Positions 1-12,238 of a DNA stretch of 64,000 bases are shown piece by piece. Origin of the DNA: Octopus sinensis (lineage: Eukaryota); contig NC_043012.1 of NCBI RefSeq assembly GCF_006345805.1, positions 35,030,001 through 35,094,000 of the forward strand, written 5' to 3'. Numbering within the stretch: position 1 is the first letter of the stretch; each line of letters opens with the position of its first letter. The notes beneath the pieces are model-generated. The model was given only the letters and a program-made list of their open reading frames with translations, was not told the DNA's origin and ran no database searches. A program made the translations under genes and the position numbers.

Positions 1-590
1 TTCATTCCTCATTGTACAGAGACTGTCTGTCCTCTGACCGAACTTTTATAAAACCGCAGCTTCAAGATGTGAGAAGAAGCAAAGGTGTCAGTAAGTGTGA
101 TATCCCAGACAAGGCATCTGACTCGCGCCCAGGGCCACAGGGTAACGCTGTCAGATCTTTAATCCAGACGGTTCCAAGATGGAGGGGATGTTTGCCCGGG
201 CCAAGCTCCTCTTGAGTATCCGGTTCAACTCCGTATGATGCACGAAGCAACCCGCATTCAGGCACCCAGAGAGACCATGGAGGCCTGTGGAGTGGAGGAG
301 CTTGCCACAACGATAGATCAAACCCGTGCATACGTAAGCTCCCACTCTGAGGGCAACGGAGACACGAAGTTCGTCCAAGCTGAGAAGGACACCAACCATT
401 AGCCACAGGGATGGCATCAATCCAGTCACGCGAGTATTTGGCGCTAGCAGACAATAAGCGGCACCTTGAAAACTGGTCTGACTGGATGAAGAGGGAGTCG
501 AAGGTGGCCTTCGAAATTATGTTGTTCCGAGTTTTCTGACTCCGACAGTCCTCCACCTTCACGGGAGCAGAGAAGCCCAATTCCCTCCTT
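1..590 (-). mobile_element. Degenerate CRE-clade non-LTR retrotransposon, C-terminal zinc-knuckle/restriction-like endonuclease region
   Basis: Frameshifted minus-strand pieces read RLLSASAKYSRDWIDAIPV, LDELRVSVALRVGAYVC..RCG..GLHGLS and HTELNRILKRSLARANIPSILEPSGL. These match from memory the CRE-type pattern RLLxASAxxSxxWLxAxP...LRxAVxLRLG...CxCG...GxHxLxC...HxxLNxxIxRALxxAxIPSxLEPxGL. Confidence 0.75.
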
Positions 591-695
591 GTGTACATAT
601 ACATACACACTCTTATATATATTTATATATATATATAATATAATATGATATAATATATTATAAATAATATATAAATATATGCATATATACATACA

Positions 696-1080
696 CTAGC
701 AGTATCGCCCGGCGTTGCTCAGGTTTGTAAGGGAAATAACTATAAAGCATTTTTAGAGAGTTATAGCCAAAAAGTAGCAAAAAAATGGAAAAAAATTATG
801 GTAAATTTTTTTTTGATAGTTAAAAAAGGTGGAGTTGCGTCCCCTACACAGTTTGTGGTTTGTGTTCCTGATTCTCGACCCCATGTCGAATTTATCGATT
901 TTTTTCAGAACTGGGGGAACTTTTCAAAATTTTCGCTGCGTTAGTTTTGAATTATGACATTGGGCTATGTGTGTGTCAAGTTTCATCAGAATCGGTTGAA
1001 AGCCGTGGTCAGGGTGAGGGTACAAGCAAACAGACACACAGAAACACGCACAGACAAACTGCCGTTTATATAGAGAGAGA
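696..1080 (-). mobile_element. Non-autonomous Helitron
   Basis: Minus strand begins A|TCTCTCTCTATATAAAC and ends with a subterminal GC-rich hairpin (CCTGAGCAACGCCGGG) followed by CTAG|T. It sits at an A-T site without a TSD. The 3' ~70 bp matches 32205-32276. Confidence 0.8.
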
Positions 1081-1562
1081 TATATGTACATACCTACATA
1101 TATATGCATATATACATACATATATGGGCACAGGACATAGAAACGTGGAACACAATGAGAAACGAAGACATAAAAGCGAAAACAAAAACATAGAAACGAA
1201 CTATTTTTAAACAAAGAAAAAAAATAGAGTACAAGGCATACAACACAAGGAATATTCCCCTTCTTCAGTTGTTCCTGTTTCATCTTCTCCGCGTATCGAA
1301 TGTAAGGACAAAACGCGACATCGTTGAAACAGTCCTTTTCTCAGAGCGAATTAAATAAAATTTAGAATTTTTTGCGGAGGGTATATATATATATATAGTG
1401 ACGTATTTTTGCCATTTCAATATGGCTAACCCCTAAGGGTGGATGCTACTGTAGTTTTTAGCCCCAGGAGGACACACTCCTCCAGCTGGCCATAGACACA
1501 CTTTCTGTGTCCTGTCAGTATTTGCAAAGGGAAGTCATCCTTCCCGTCTTCAACTTATGATA

Positions 1563-1607
1563 CACGCGGACTCGAGTTTCGAGGTATTGACCTCTCGTCA
1601 GCGTGTG
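1563..1607 (-). ncRNA. Type I hammerhead ribozyme, copy 1 (one mismatch in helix I)
   Basis: CACACG-CUGACGA-GAGG(UCAAUA)CCUC-GAA-ACUCGAGU-C-CGCGUG. Predicted cleavage after GUC, between 1569 and 1568. Confidence 0.8.
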
Positions 1608-1914
1608 ACAATCATAGTTGTCGCCGAGAATTAGATTTCCTTCACAAATACTTATACTTTTTCCAGCGCCCACTGTCGCTGATATTGAAAAAGTGAAATC
1701 AAACAATGATAAATATCAAAGTGAGTTATATACAGTAGCGGTAACACGTCGTGACGTATTTTTGCCATTTCAATATGGCTAACCCCTAAGGGGGATGCTA
1801 CTGTAGTTTTTAGCCCCAGGAGGACACACTCCTCCAGCTGGCCATAGACACACTTTCTGTGTCCTGTCAGTATTTGCAAAGGGAAGTCATCCTTCCCGTC
1901 TTCAACTTATGATA

Positions 1915-1959
1915 CACACGGACTCGAGTTTCGAGGTATTGACCTCTCGTCAGCGTGTG
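1915..1959 (-). ncRNA. Type I hammerhead ribozyme, copy 2 (perfect)
   Basis: CACACG-CUGACGA-GAGG(UCAAUA)CCUC-GAA-ACUCGAGU-C-CGUGUG. 6-bp helix I, canonical core, palindromic helix III. Predicted cleavage 1921|1920. Confidence 0.88.
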
Positions 1960-2267
1960 ACAATCATAGTTGTCGCCGAGAATTAGATTTCCTTCACAAA
2001 TACTTATACTTTTTCCAGCGCCCACTGTCGCTGATATTGAAAAAGTGAAATCAAACAATGATAAATATCAAAGTGAGTTATATACAGTAGCGGTAACACA
2101 TCGTGACGTATTTTTGCCATTTCAATATGGCTAACCCCTAAGGGTGGATGCTACTGTAGTTTTTAGCCCCAGGAGGACACACTCCTCCAGCTGGCCATAG
2201 ACACACTTTCTGTGTCCTGTCAGTATTTGCAAAGGGAAGTCATCCTTCCCGTCTTCAACTTATGATA

Positions 2268-2306
2268 CACACGGACTCGAGTTTCGAGGTATTGACCTCT
2301 CGTCAG

Positions 2307-2310
<4 letters not shown>
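2268..2310 (-). ncRNA. Type I hammerhead ribozyme, copy 3 (helix I truncated to 4 bp by the array boundary)
   Basis: Same core as copy 2. The array ends inside the 5' strand of helix I (CACG). Predicted cleavage 2274|2273. Confidence 0.8.
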
Positions 2311-2362
<52 letters not shown>

Positions 2363-2444
2363 CGGGCGGCTTTTAAGCTAGCTCCTGTGGAGGGCTCTTC
2401 ATTAGTCCTTGAGCCCCAAAATGACAATTCATGCATTGAGTACA

Positions 2445-2645
2445 TTCTTTTATTCTTTTATTTGTTTCAGTCATCGACTGCGGCCATGCTGGAGCACCGC
2501 CTTTAGTCTAACAAATCGACCCCATGCCTTACTCTTCGTAAGCCTAGTACTTATTCTATCGGTCTCTTTTGCCGAACCGCTAAGTTACGGGGACGTAAAC
2601 ACACCAGCATCGGTTGTCAAGCGATGTTGGGGGACAGACACAGAC
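2445..2645 (-). mobile_element. 3' half of a tRNA-derived SINE (same family as 50448-50910)
   Basis: Reverse complement of the body and tail at 50720-50910, including GCGGTGCTCCAGCATGGCCGCAGTC and (AAAAGA)n-like tail. Confidence 0.75.
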
Positions 2646-2651
2646 TCACAA

Positions 2652-2719
<68 letters not shown>

Positions 2720-2748
2720 TATATATATATTATATTATATATATACAT

Positions 2749-3925
2749 TGTTACGAGGCGGGGGGTGTCCTCCGAAAACTGTTACGGAATTCCTCACACC
2801 CAGGCCCGTTCGATGCAGCGAATGTTTTCGCCACGGAAACTCGGAGAGGAGAGAGAGATACAACAACAACAGCAGCAGCAGCACAGAGGCAATCGAGAGA
2901 GACAAAAAGAGGCAAGGCAACTGGCTTACATTTAACAACTAGTTTTATGACAATCAATTGTTACAACATCAAATACATATCAGGTACATTTAAAAGAGGA
3001 TATGCAAGTAACAACTCAATACATCATACAGGTATACCACAGATCAAAGCATTTAACAACATGCAGATACAATATAACCGTCCGGTAACAACACATCAAA
3101 TTCAATAACAACAGCAATTAAAGAAAACACATGCAAGAAACAGGTATACAATGTTCATGTCACAAATAATTCACGTTACAAATCAATGTTCAAATCCAAT
3201 TAAACAAATAACGTTCACAGTTCTTTAAAGTCTTTTTCTACTTTCTTTTGTAACATGTATCAACACAATTCTGAACATAAATACCACACTCGATAATCGA
3301 CACATCGACAAGTCCTTTACTCAATTCACATTGTTCATTAAATTCCTTTTTACTGTCTCATTTCTTTTCAACATTTCGATACATCGATTCCTTTTCCTTC
3401 TTTTTCTTCACATATCAATACACAATTCACGTACCTTACATTAGCCAACGCCTCATATTGCACCTCATCTCTCTCAGTACTGCTAGCTCCAACTTGCCAA
3501 ACTCTTGCCCCGAATTCTCAAATCCTCGCTCCTAAAATTCCAACCGCTCGCTTTGACTTCCAAAAACCGACTGCCCAAAACCTCTTGCTCTCTCACACCC
3601 TCAATCTGTCTTAGCACTGCTAATACTCTCTCTATCTGCTCTCAGCCCTATCTGCCTATCTTTATCGACGCTGTCACTGTCATTCTCCCTCCTAGTTCTC
3701 AGATTCCTTAATCTGTCTTTCTCACTACTTTCTTCTTCCTCTTCTTCACTGTCACTAGATTCTTCCTTACTCTATCTTCCTCGGCCCCTTCTTGACCGAC
3801 GAAAGGCCAAAGGTCCCTCCAAAAGCCATTACTCTTCCGTAAACAAAGGGCTATAACTTTTTATTCCAGACTTCCAGACTCCACTCTCAACAAAGTAGGT
3901 CAAGAAATACTATACCAGCCGAACC

Positions 3926-3931
<6 letters not shown>
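2749..3931. mobile_element. Probable solo LTR, related to 27708-28852
   Basis: Starts TGTTA and ends ACA. Shares ordered motifs with 27708-28852 (TGTTACGGAAT, TTCGCCACGGAA, GAGGCAAGGCAAC, TTCTTTAAAGTC, ACAAGTCCTTTACTC). No clean TSD. Confidence 0.55.
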
Positions 3932-3985
<54 letters not shown>

Positions 3986-4098
3986 GTTAATAAAATAGAA
4001 CATATGCATATATATAAACATATATGTACGTACCTACCTCTACATGTACATATACACGCATATATGTGTACAGGACACCAAAAGACGTCGAACACATA

Positions 4099-4174
<76 letters not shown>

Positions 4175-4181
4175 TATATTA

Positions 4182-4251
<70 letters not shown>

Positions 4252-4263
4252 CATACATATATT

Positions 4264-4399
4264 CGACGGGCTTCTTAAAGTTTCCGTCGGCCCGAGGCTA
4301 TAGTAGAAGACACTTGCCCAAGGTGTCACGTAGTGGGACTGAACCCGGAACCATGTGGCTGGTAAGCAAGCTACTTACCACACAGCCACTCCTGCGCCT
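4264..4399 (-). mobile_element. tRNA-derived SINE 5' part
   Basis: Reverse complement of the head at 50448 (AGGCGCAGGAGTGGCTGTGTGGTAAG...GGTTCAGTCCC). Confidence 0.8.
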
Positions 4400-4561
4400 G
4401 TACTGCATATAAGTTCAAAATATAATGTGTGTATTTCATCTGTTACAAAGACATACTACAGAAAAAAAAGACCCCACAAAAAACAGCATAGATACAGAAT
4501 ATTGATGGAAAGAAATTACTTGGAAAATACAAATACACACAAATCCTAGTACAGCAGACAG

Positions 4562-5215
4562 TTAGAAGAGAGTTTTTTTGGGCGATCTTGTGTACTTTGC
4601 CTCCGGGATGTCACGCAAGATCATCCAGCAAAAGTCTCCCACCATGCTGGAGTTCCACTTTGCCTTGGTAGTTACTCCCCGTCTCAGTAATATCTTGGAA
4701 CCTCTCTCCATGCTCATCACTCGCTGCTCCGAGCTTAGGAGGGAAGAAGTTGAGGCGGGAGTGGAGAAAGTGAGTTTTGAGTGACATTCGGCATCCCATA
4801 TCCTCATAAGACTATAACAACTTCTCCATATACTCTTGGTAATCTAGTACCCGTGTGTCACCAAGGAAGCCACGGCAGACTGACTTAAATGCTTCCCATA
4901 CTCTCAGTTACTTTAAGGTAAGAAGCTCTTTAAAGTCCTTATCCATCAGCACCTCTCAGATCTAAGGTCCAACGAAGATGCCCTCCTTGAGCTTAGCAGA
5001 ACTCAGAGCTGGGAACAGAGTGCACAAGTGTTGGAAGGCAGCGCCATTTTTGTCCATGGCCTTCACCAAAGTCTTCATTAAACTAAACTTGATATGAAGA
5101 GGAGGAAGAAGCACCTTGTTCATGTCCACCAGAGGATTTTCTTGGACCCTGTGTTCACCAGGCACGGAAGTGCTCCCAGATCCCCATTCCTTCTGCTTGT
5201 TGTGCTTGTACTCTT
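4562..5215 (-). pseudogene. Degenerate DNA-transposon transposase, Chapaev3/CMC-like
   Basis: Motifs NPLVDMNKVLLPPLHIKFSLMK..LSSAKLKEGIFVGP, MGCRMSLKTHFLHS.LNFFP..LGAASDEHGERF and QGKWNSSMVGDFCW.ILRD. Broken by stops and frameshifts. Family assignment is from recalled motifs. Confidence 0.7.
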
Positions 5216-5471
5216 TGCTCTCATATTTTTTCCTTTTTCCGAGGTTACCCTGTTTTTTTTTCGTAGGTTTTTCTCTCCGCGGATAACTCTAGTCAGTGTT
5301 ATATTTTCTCCCCCTTTTGTGTATTTAAATTGTTAAAAACGATACTTTGTTATCTAATTGTGTAGACGCCCCAAAACGTTTTTCGACCCCTATTGATCGG
5401 TTTTGAAAAGAAAAATTCTACATTGTATTGCTCCCTCTGTGTTCGACCTTGTGTGGCTAAATAAGGAAATG

Positions 5472-6010
<539 letters not shown>

Positions 6011-6864
6011 CCCATCCATCTAAATTAGTGTATAAACTGCTCTACACACTTTTAAACTGTATCGAGTACTCTTTTTCTTCTACGCCACAACATAAACATT
6101 AAAAAAAAACCCGCCACCTGCCAAGCCCGCCAGCCAGCCAGTCAACTGACTTTGAATGGTTGTCATAGGATGTGTTGACAGTATGGCGTCGTAAGCAACC
6201 AAAGCTATAAAGGATATTGACATTATTGTAAGTTGTGGTGGAAGAAGAGAGAAATAAGCTTTCTATGAAGGGGAAAGAAATCAGTTTAGGGGATTGAACA
6301 GGACAAAGGGGGTAAGGTTAAACATAATATAGAAGTTAGTGTATGTGAGGTAATTAATACTAGTTTTAATCAACAAGTGTTTAGATATTATTTACTGATA
6401 ATGAAAGAAACCGACAGAATATTGTAATAAAAAAAAAGAAAAGAAAAACTTTAAGAAAATCAGTAAGTACCTTAGATTGTTGTAACTAATTAATCGAAGG
6501 TTTTGAATTCATAAAGGTGGTGGTGGTGGAGGTGCAGGTGATATGTGCGAGTTGTCTCCACCTGGCCTACGCTAACTAAATCCGAATGGCTCGAAGCGGT
6601 CGTAACACCTGAGTAACGAACTACTAATGAGGAATAAAGGTGTTTTTTTCAGAAGACAAACGGCGAAGGAGAAGAGACAGAAAAAGATGAGAAGTTGTGA
6701 ATTCAGTCCTCAATGACTGACATCTATAAAAAAGACAAAACACTTGAATGATTATAAGAACCTCACTCGAAGTCCATTGTACGGTGATCAAAGGAAACGT
6801 TTTTGATTTGCTACTTTGAGCATAAAATATTAATTCGTTAATGAGAGGCATGAAAAGCCAGACT

Positions 6865-7148
6865 TAACACAGGGAAAGTACGAGTGATTATGCTGCGTTC
6901 ATGCCTTTCTTAACGATGATAATATAGCGTAAAATATCCGAAAAGTGAAAAGAAAAAAAAAATGTAAACGAAACGAAAGTAAAAAAAGAAAGTAAATGAA
7001 ATTGGATATTGGAAATCGTTTGTTATGAACTTATACAACACCACAGGTGAGTGTTTAATAGTGTTACACTTATTAACACTTTGTTGTTTAATAGCAATGT
7101 ATATATGTATACATGTGTGTATGTGTGAGTGTATATGTATTCATGTGT
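6865..7148 (+). repeat. ~280-bp block duplicated at 8887-9166
   Basis: Near-identical text from TAACACAGGGAAAGTACGAG to TATTCATGTGT, offset about 2.02 kb. Confidence 0.9.
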
Positions 7149-7799
7149 ATGTCTATTGGTATGTCAAAGTAAATGTAATAAGAAGCGTTGAAATCTACGA
7201 AGCAATATATATATTTCTATCAATGTGTGTGTGTGTGTGTGTATGTGTGTGTGCGTATGGGCTCTCTCGTGTGAGCGTATGTGGGTGTGAGCATGTGTGT
7301 GCGTGTTTGTGCTTCTAGTTATATTAATATTTTTTTCTGGATATTATTGATATTATATACTGGATTGTATTAGGTCAACAGGCAAACCAGATCGCTTGAG
7401 TATCGACCAAACCAGTTGAAACTTTCGGTTTGTATTCCATCGCAGCGCTGTGCTCTGCGCACAGTCGGAACATTTCGTTATTAACCGACTCAGTTTGGTT
7501 GACTGTAAACAAGAGCAACGTGTTGATACAACTCAGTGAAGCAAGCGTTCTTAGCAACAGCGATTTATGCAGATACAGAAGAACCAGGGTCCAACTGATA
7601 TTAAAGTCACTCCCTAACAGTCTTTAAAATGAGATCTGCAATACATGATATATAATGTATGTGAATATACACACGCAAAACACACAAACACACACACACA
7701 CACCACACACACAGAGTTTTGGTCTTGGAAATAGGAAAAATAGGACTCAAAATATGAGTGTATGCATATCTTTTTATTTTTTAACTCAGATTTTTTCTG

Positions 7800-7850
<51 letters not shown>

Positions 7851-7854
7851 CATA

Positions 7855-7899
<45 letters not shown>

Positions 7900-8344
7900 T
7901 ATATATATATGAAAGAAGGTTTGAAAATGCAATTTTAAAAGATGTTTATTCACTTGACCGGTTTCACTCTTTAAGAAAAAGATTGTAAAAAGTAGCTTGT
8001 AAAAGCTTTGTTGTGTTAGGTACTGGTTGTCACGAAATATTAAAATACATATATACATTCTTTGATAATAATAAGAACATGTTAAAAACAGTTTACAAGA
8101 AAAAATCTTGGGAAAATATAAAAAAGTTCATTAAAATATTGGGCACAAAATATTACAATACATATATACATTCTTTGATAATAATAAGAAAATGTTAAAA
8201 ACTGTTTACAGAAAAAATTTTTTTGAGAAATTATTAACAAGTTCATAAAACCATTTAGGATTTCATTCGAAATCATGTTTGCTTGGAAGTATCTATATAT
8301 ATATACACAGAAAATTATAAGTTCAAAAAGGTCATATTTTGGTA

Positions 8345-8409
<65 letters not shown>

Positions 8410-8479
8410 AGAGTAAACACATAAATGTGAAACAAGTTGGAAAAAAAGAGTAGTCAAATACCAGTGGTAGAGTAATATG

Positions 8480-8620
8480 CTTTATTTAAAGCAGCAGAAA
8501 ATTCAACAAAACCTGTTACTCTGAGTTTCCCGTTGCCGTTCATCGGACAGCTTTTGCTGAACGGCAACGGGAAACTCAGAGTAACAGGTTTTGTTGAATT
8601 TTCTGCTGCTTTAAATAAAG
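8480..8620. repeat. Perfect 63-bp inverted repeat with 15-bp spacer, part of a PLE-terminal-like element
   Basis: 8480-8542 is the reverse complement of 8558-8620. Confidence 0.92.
8513..8550 (-). ncRNA. Minimal type I hammerhead variant (U4C; A.G at base of helix II)
   Basis: CUGU-CCGAUGA-A CG(GCAA)CG G-GAA-ACUCAGAGU-A-ACAG. Confidence 0.55.
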
Positions 8621-8886
8621 TATATATATATATATATACACACACACACAGAAAGAGATATATTTAGTTTACAAAGAATTTGGGATGAACTGACCTGTTT
8701 CACAATTTTATCGGAAAAGACTATTTTGTATTTCAAGGGACAGTTTAGGAGGTGTGTTTGGGTGGGTGGGGGGCGGGGAAGGAAGAGCAATGTGGAATTG
8801 AAAAGAAGTTTTTGCTTATCTTTCACAGTTGAGTGGTTATGGGGATCGGTCTTTAGAGGTCAGAATGGTGTGAGTGTATATATATA

Positions 8887-9166
8887 TAACACAGGGAAAG
8901 TACGAGTGATTATGCTGCGTTCATGTCTTTCTTAACGATGATAATATAGCGCAAAATATCGAAAAGTGAAAAGAAAAAAAATGTAGTCGAAACGAAAGTA
9001 AAAAAGAAAGTAAATGAAACTGGATATTGGAAATCGTTTGTTATGAACTTATACAACACCACAGGTGAGTGTTTAATAGTGTTACACTTATTAACACTTT
9101 GTTGTTTAATAGCAATGTATATATGTATACATGTGTGTATGTGTGAGTGTATATGTATTCATGTGT
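8887..9166 (+). repeat. Second copy of the 6865-7148 block
   Basis: Only a few substitutions and indels relative to copy 1. Confidence 0.9.
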
Positions 9167-9295
9167 GTGTGTTGGTATATATATACGTGTTTGTGGGCCG
9201 TTTTTGATTGGTCCCAGGGTTTATTGTTGTGTATGTAAATGTGTCTGTGTGTGCTTAGTATTTGGTAGGATGGTGTGTGTGTGTGTGTGTCTGTG

Positions 9296-9327
<32 letters not shown>

Positions 9328-9361
9328 AGTTATGAGGGAATAAACAAATAATCTTCCAAAC

Positions 9362-10495
9362 TGCAACGGCCAAAAGTTAAGGGTCAGAAAAACAATGAAA
9401 AATGGAACAAGAGCAAGAAAACCCTTACTATTAATATTTTGTGAACATTGCTTTACTATCAATGGTCTCCTGACATTTGTTACCTCAAGACTGAATCAAT
9501 TTTTTGCAAGATATTGTTCCATTCGTTTCTCAATAATTTCCAGAGTTCATCTTGGTTGTTTGGATATGTCCTTCGCGCCCCATCTCCAATAATATTCCAA
9601 ATGTTTTCTATAGGGTTGAAATCTGGACTTTGAGGTGGCCAGTCCATGAGATCAACCCCTTCCTCACTCAAAAAATCTTTGACTTTCTTCGCAGTGTGAG
9701 GGAGCATTGTCCTGCACGAAGATAGAAGATTGAACTGACGAGGATTGGAGATGTAGAAGGGCATGCTGTCTAAGAATCTGCTTGTAGACTTCAGCACCGA
9801 CAGTCCCTTGTAGGCGAATAAGTGGACCAGGACCAGCAACAGAAATCACTCCCCTTAGCATGACACTGCCTCCTCCATATTTCACTCTCTTCTTCACACA
9901 CGCACGAGATAACCTTTCGCCACTTCTTTGTCGGACGTACATCCCGCCATCGGAACCAATCACTTTAAACTTCGATTCATCGCTAAAATGAACCCGCAAC
10001 CACTGTTCTTCTGTCCAAACGACATGTTCGTGATCGAAACGAAGACGATCTCTTTGATTCTTCTTGGAGATCAGTGGTTTCTTTGCCGGTGGTCGAGCAA
10101 GCAAACCAGAACCTCGTAACCTCCGAGAAACTGTTTTGCACGATACGTTGACATCGGGAGGGGAGATAAACTCGCAGGATATCTCAGCAGCACTCTTACC
10201 CCGACTTCCTGCGCAACCGCTGAGCCTGGATGCGCATTCATCCATCCGTCGATGCTCTCGGTGTCGGGGGTTGACCTGCTTTCTCTTCTGCGGGTCTTAC
10301 GAATAGCAAAGGACCACGTTTCGGACCACTCAGACCGGACCGCTCAACAGCAACAGCAGCACTCTTAAGCCTATCTTTCAGTGACATTCTAATCATAATA
10401 CAATCCTGTCTTCTTGAAGTTTTACGAGGTTTACCGGTTTTGGGTTTAGTATCTGTCGATCCTAATGACTTAAAACGAGCTGCAATTCGTTGCAC
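9362..10495 (-). pseudogene. Tc1-family (DD34E) transposon remnant interrupted by a SINE
   Basis: Motifs HFSDESKF, VKYGGGSVM, FVQDNAPSH and WPPQSPDFNPIENIW, plus N-terminal KPKTGKPRKTS. Frameshifted. Confidence 0.92.
10198..10353 (+). mobile_element. 5'-truncated SINE inserted in the Tc1 transposase gene
   Basis: Matches the 3' part of the SINE at 52735-53100. 13-bp TSD CAGCAGCACTCTT at 10185-10197 and 10354-10366. Confidence 0.9.
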
Positions 10496-10631
10496 AACAC
10501 TTCAAGACCTTCCTACAGTAGTTGCTATCACAGAATTGACTTACAAAGAATAAGTCCTGGGGTCAATTTCATTTGGGCGGTGCTCCAGCTGAAACAAACA
10601 AATAAAAGAATATATATATATATATATAAAT

Positions 10632-12206
10632 AACCTCGAAGCCTTCGAGATGGACCTACGGGGCATTATTCCCAAGCTGAAATTCCGTAAGTCCTCTTGC
10701 TCTTTCCAACAGAAGCTCCGGGTCGTCATTAGATTGCCAAAAGGCTCAGGTAGATTCTCTAATCTTGTCAAAGAAGACGAAAATCTTATATAGGATAGAC
10801 ACCCTCGATTACGATAGACTATTAGAAAACAGTATCACTCAAAATTATAGGGGCGCTTCCCCACACACCTATAACGACATTAAAAATTAGCTAATGAGCT
10901 AGAGATAGCGGAGATCCTAACTAAAAGAAACGCCTTCCTTACTGTAAAAGATCATAAACCGAACTTGGCCTCAAACCCTAAATACCGCCTGATCAATCCG
11001 GCTAAATCCGAGATCGGTCTGGCGAGCAAGCACATATTGAGAAACATCAATAATGATATAAGGTGGCCCACCAACCTTTCTCTGTGGCGCAACAGCAACG
11101 AAGTGACCGCATGGTTTAACACCAACAATAGAAGAGGCAGAACAAGGTTCGCCCAGTTTGATGTAGACGACTTTTACCTGTCTATATCAAATGGGCTACT
11201 GGCCAAGGCGCTTTCTTTTGCTAGAGGCTTCACTGACGTTAGCGACAGAGATATAGATGTCATCATGCATGCCAGAAAAGCAGTGCTGTTGAACAGAGGT
11301 TCGGCATGGTCAAGCAATCCAACCCCACGGGCTCCTTTGACGTAGCGTTGACGTATGCGATCTCATCAGGTTGTATATCTTCGATACCCTTAGGAAAAAG
11401 TTCCCCTTTGTCCTTTTTGGCCGCTACGGAGATGATGCCCTGGCCACTTCTAGGGTAAAATCGGGCATACACTTGACAGGCTTAGAAAAGGTCTAATCAG
11501 AACGCTTGCCTCCATGGGACTGAAAATCCCCATAGAGACTAACTTCACAACCGCGGGCTCCTTAAACGTCACGCTCGACTTGGGTTCCGTTACATACAGG
11601 TCCTACCACAAACTAAACGAGAAGCTAATGTACATCAACACGGCCTCCTGTCACCCACTCATCGTGTTCAAAAACCTGGTGAAGGATGTTAGGGAATCAC
11701 GGACCTTTCCTCCAGCCAAGAGATTTCGATACAGCGACCCCTTAATATAACGAGGCTCTAGCTGCCAGAGGATTTAGGAATCGCATCTCCTGCATGCCGA
11801 AACCCAACAACCGCAGAAGGAAGTGTTGCGGATATCCCATTTGGTTTGCCACCCCCACTTCTCTCTTAACACAAAAACGGCCGTAGGTAGAATATTTATT
11901 TAATTAATAGATAAGCATTTCATTAGCTCCCATAGTTAGGTGGCCATTTTCAACAGGCGCAACGTTAGAGTCTCTTTTAGCTGTGCCCCCAATATTAAGA
12001 GCATTCTAGTTAGCGCCTCTAGGCCATGGGTGGAAGCAGAATGTTCATGCAGGAACCGCAACAGATGCCTGATGGGAGGCAATTGCGAAACGAAAGGGGT
12101 CGTCTATAAAGCCGACGTACTAGCAAACCCTGGAAATACTACTGGTAAAAGCAGTAGCAGCCGTAGATACGGGAACAGAACCAGCAAAGCCGCCGCCGCC
12201 GCCGCC

Positions 12207-12238
<32 letters not shown>

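Larger units (their letters stand above)
1398..2310 (-). repeat. Tandem array of ~2.6 copies of a 352/353-bp unit, each with a type I hammerhead ribozyme (retrozyme-like)
   Basis: Unit start GTGACGTATTTTTGCC recurs at 1398, 1751 and 2103. Copies are near-identical and the array has (TA)n on both sides. Confidence 0.9.

Noticed and set aside
983-989. Isolated CUGANGA matches (983-989, 9735-9741, near 16997, 40925, 43600, 48405)
   Set aside because: No compatible helix II plus GAAA and helix I; expected by chance.
7940-8010. Minus-strand GAAACCGGUC with a possible helix II; similar GAAACG hairpin near 16165
   Set aside because: The 5' core is unrecognisable; at best a fossil.
12040-12090. Possible selenocysteine recoding, as reported for some Naiad PLEs
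   Set aside because: The visible endonuclease cysteines are TGT/TGC, and the stops in the RT are scattered with frameshifts, consistent with decay.
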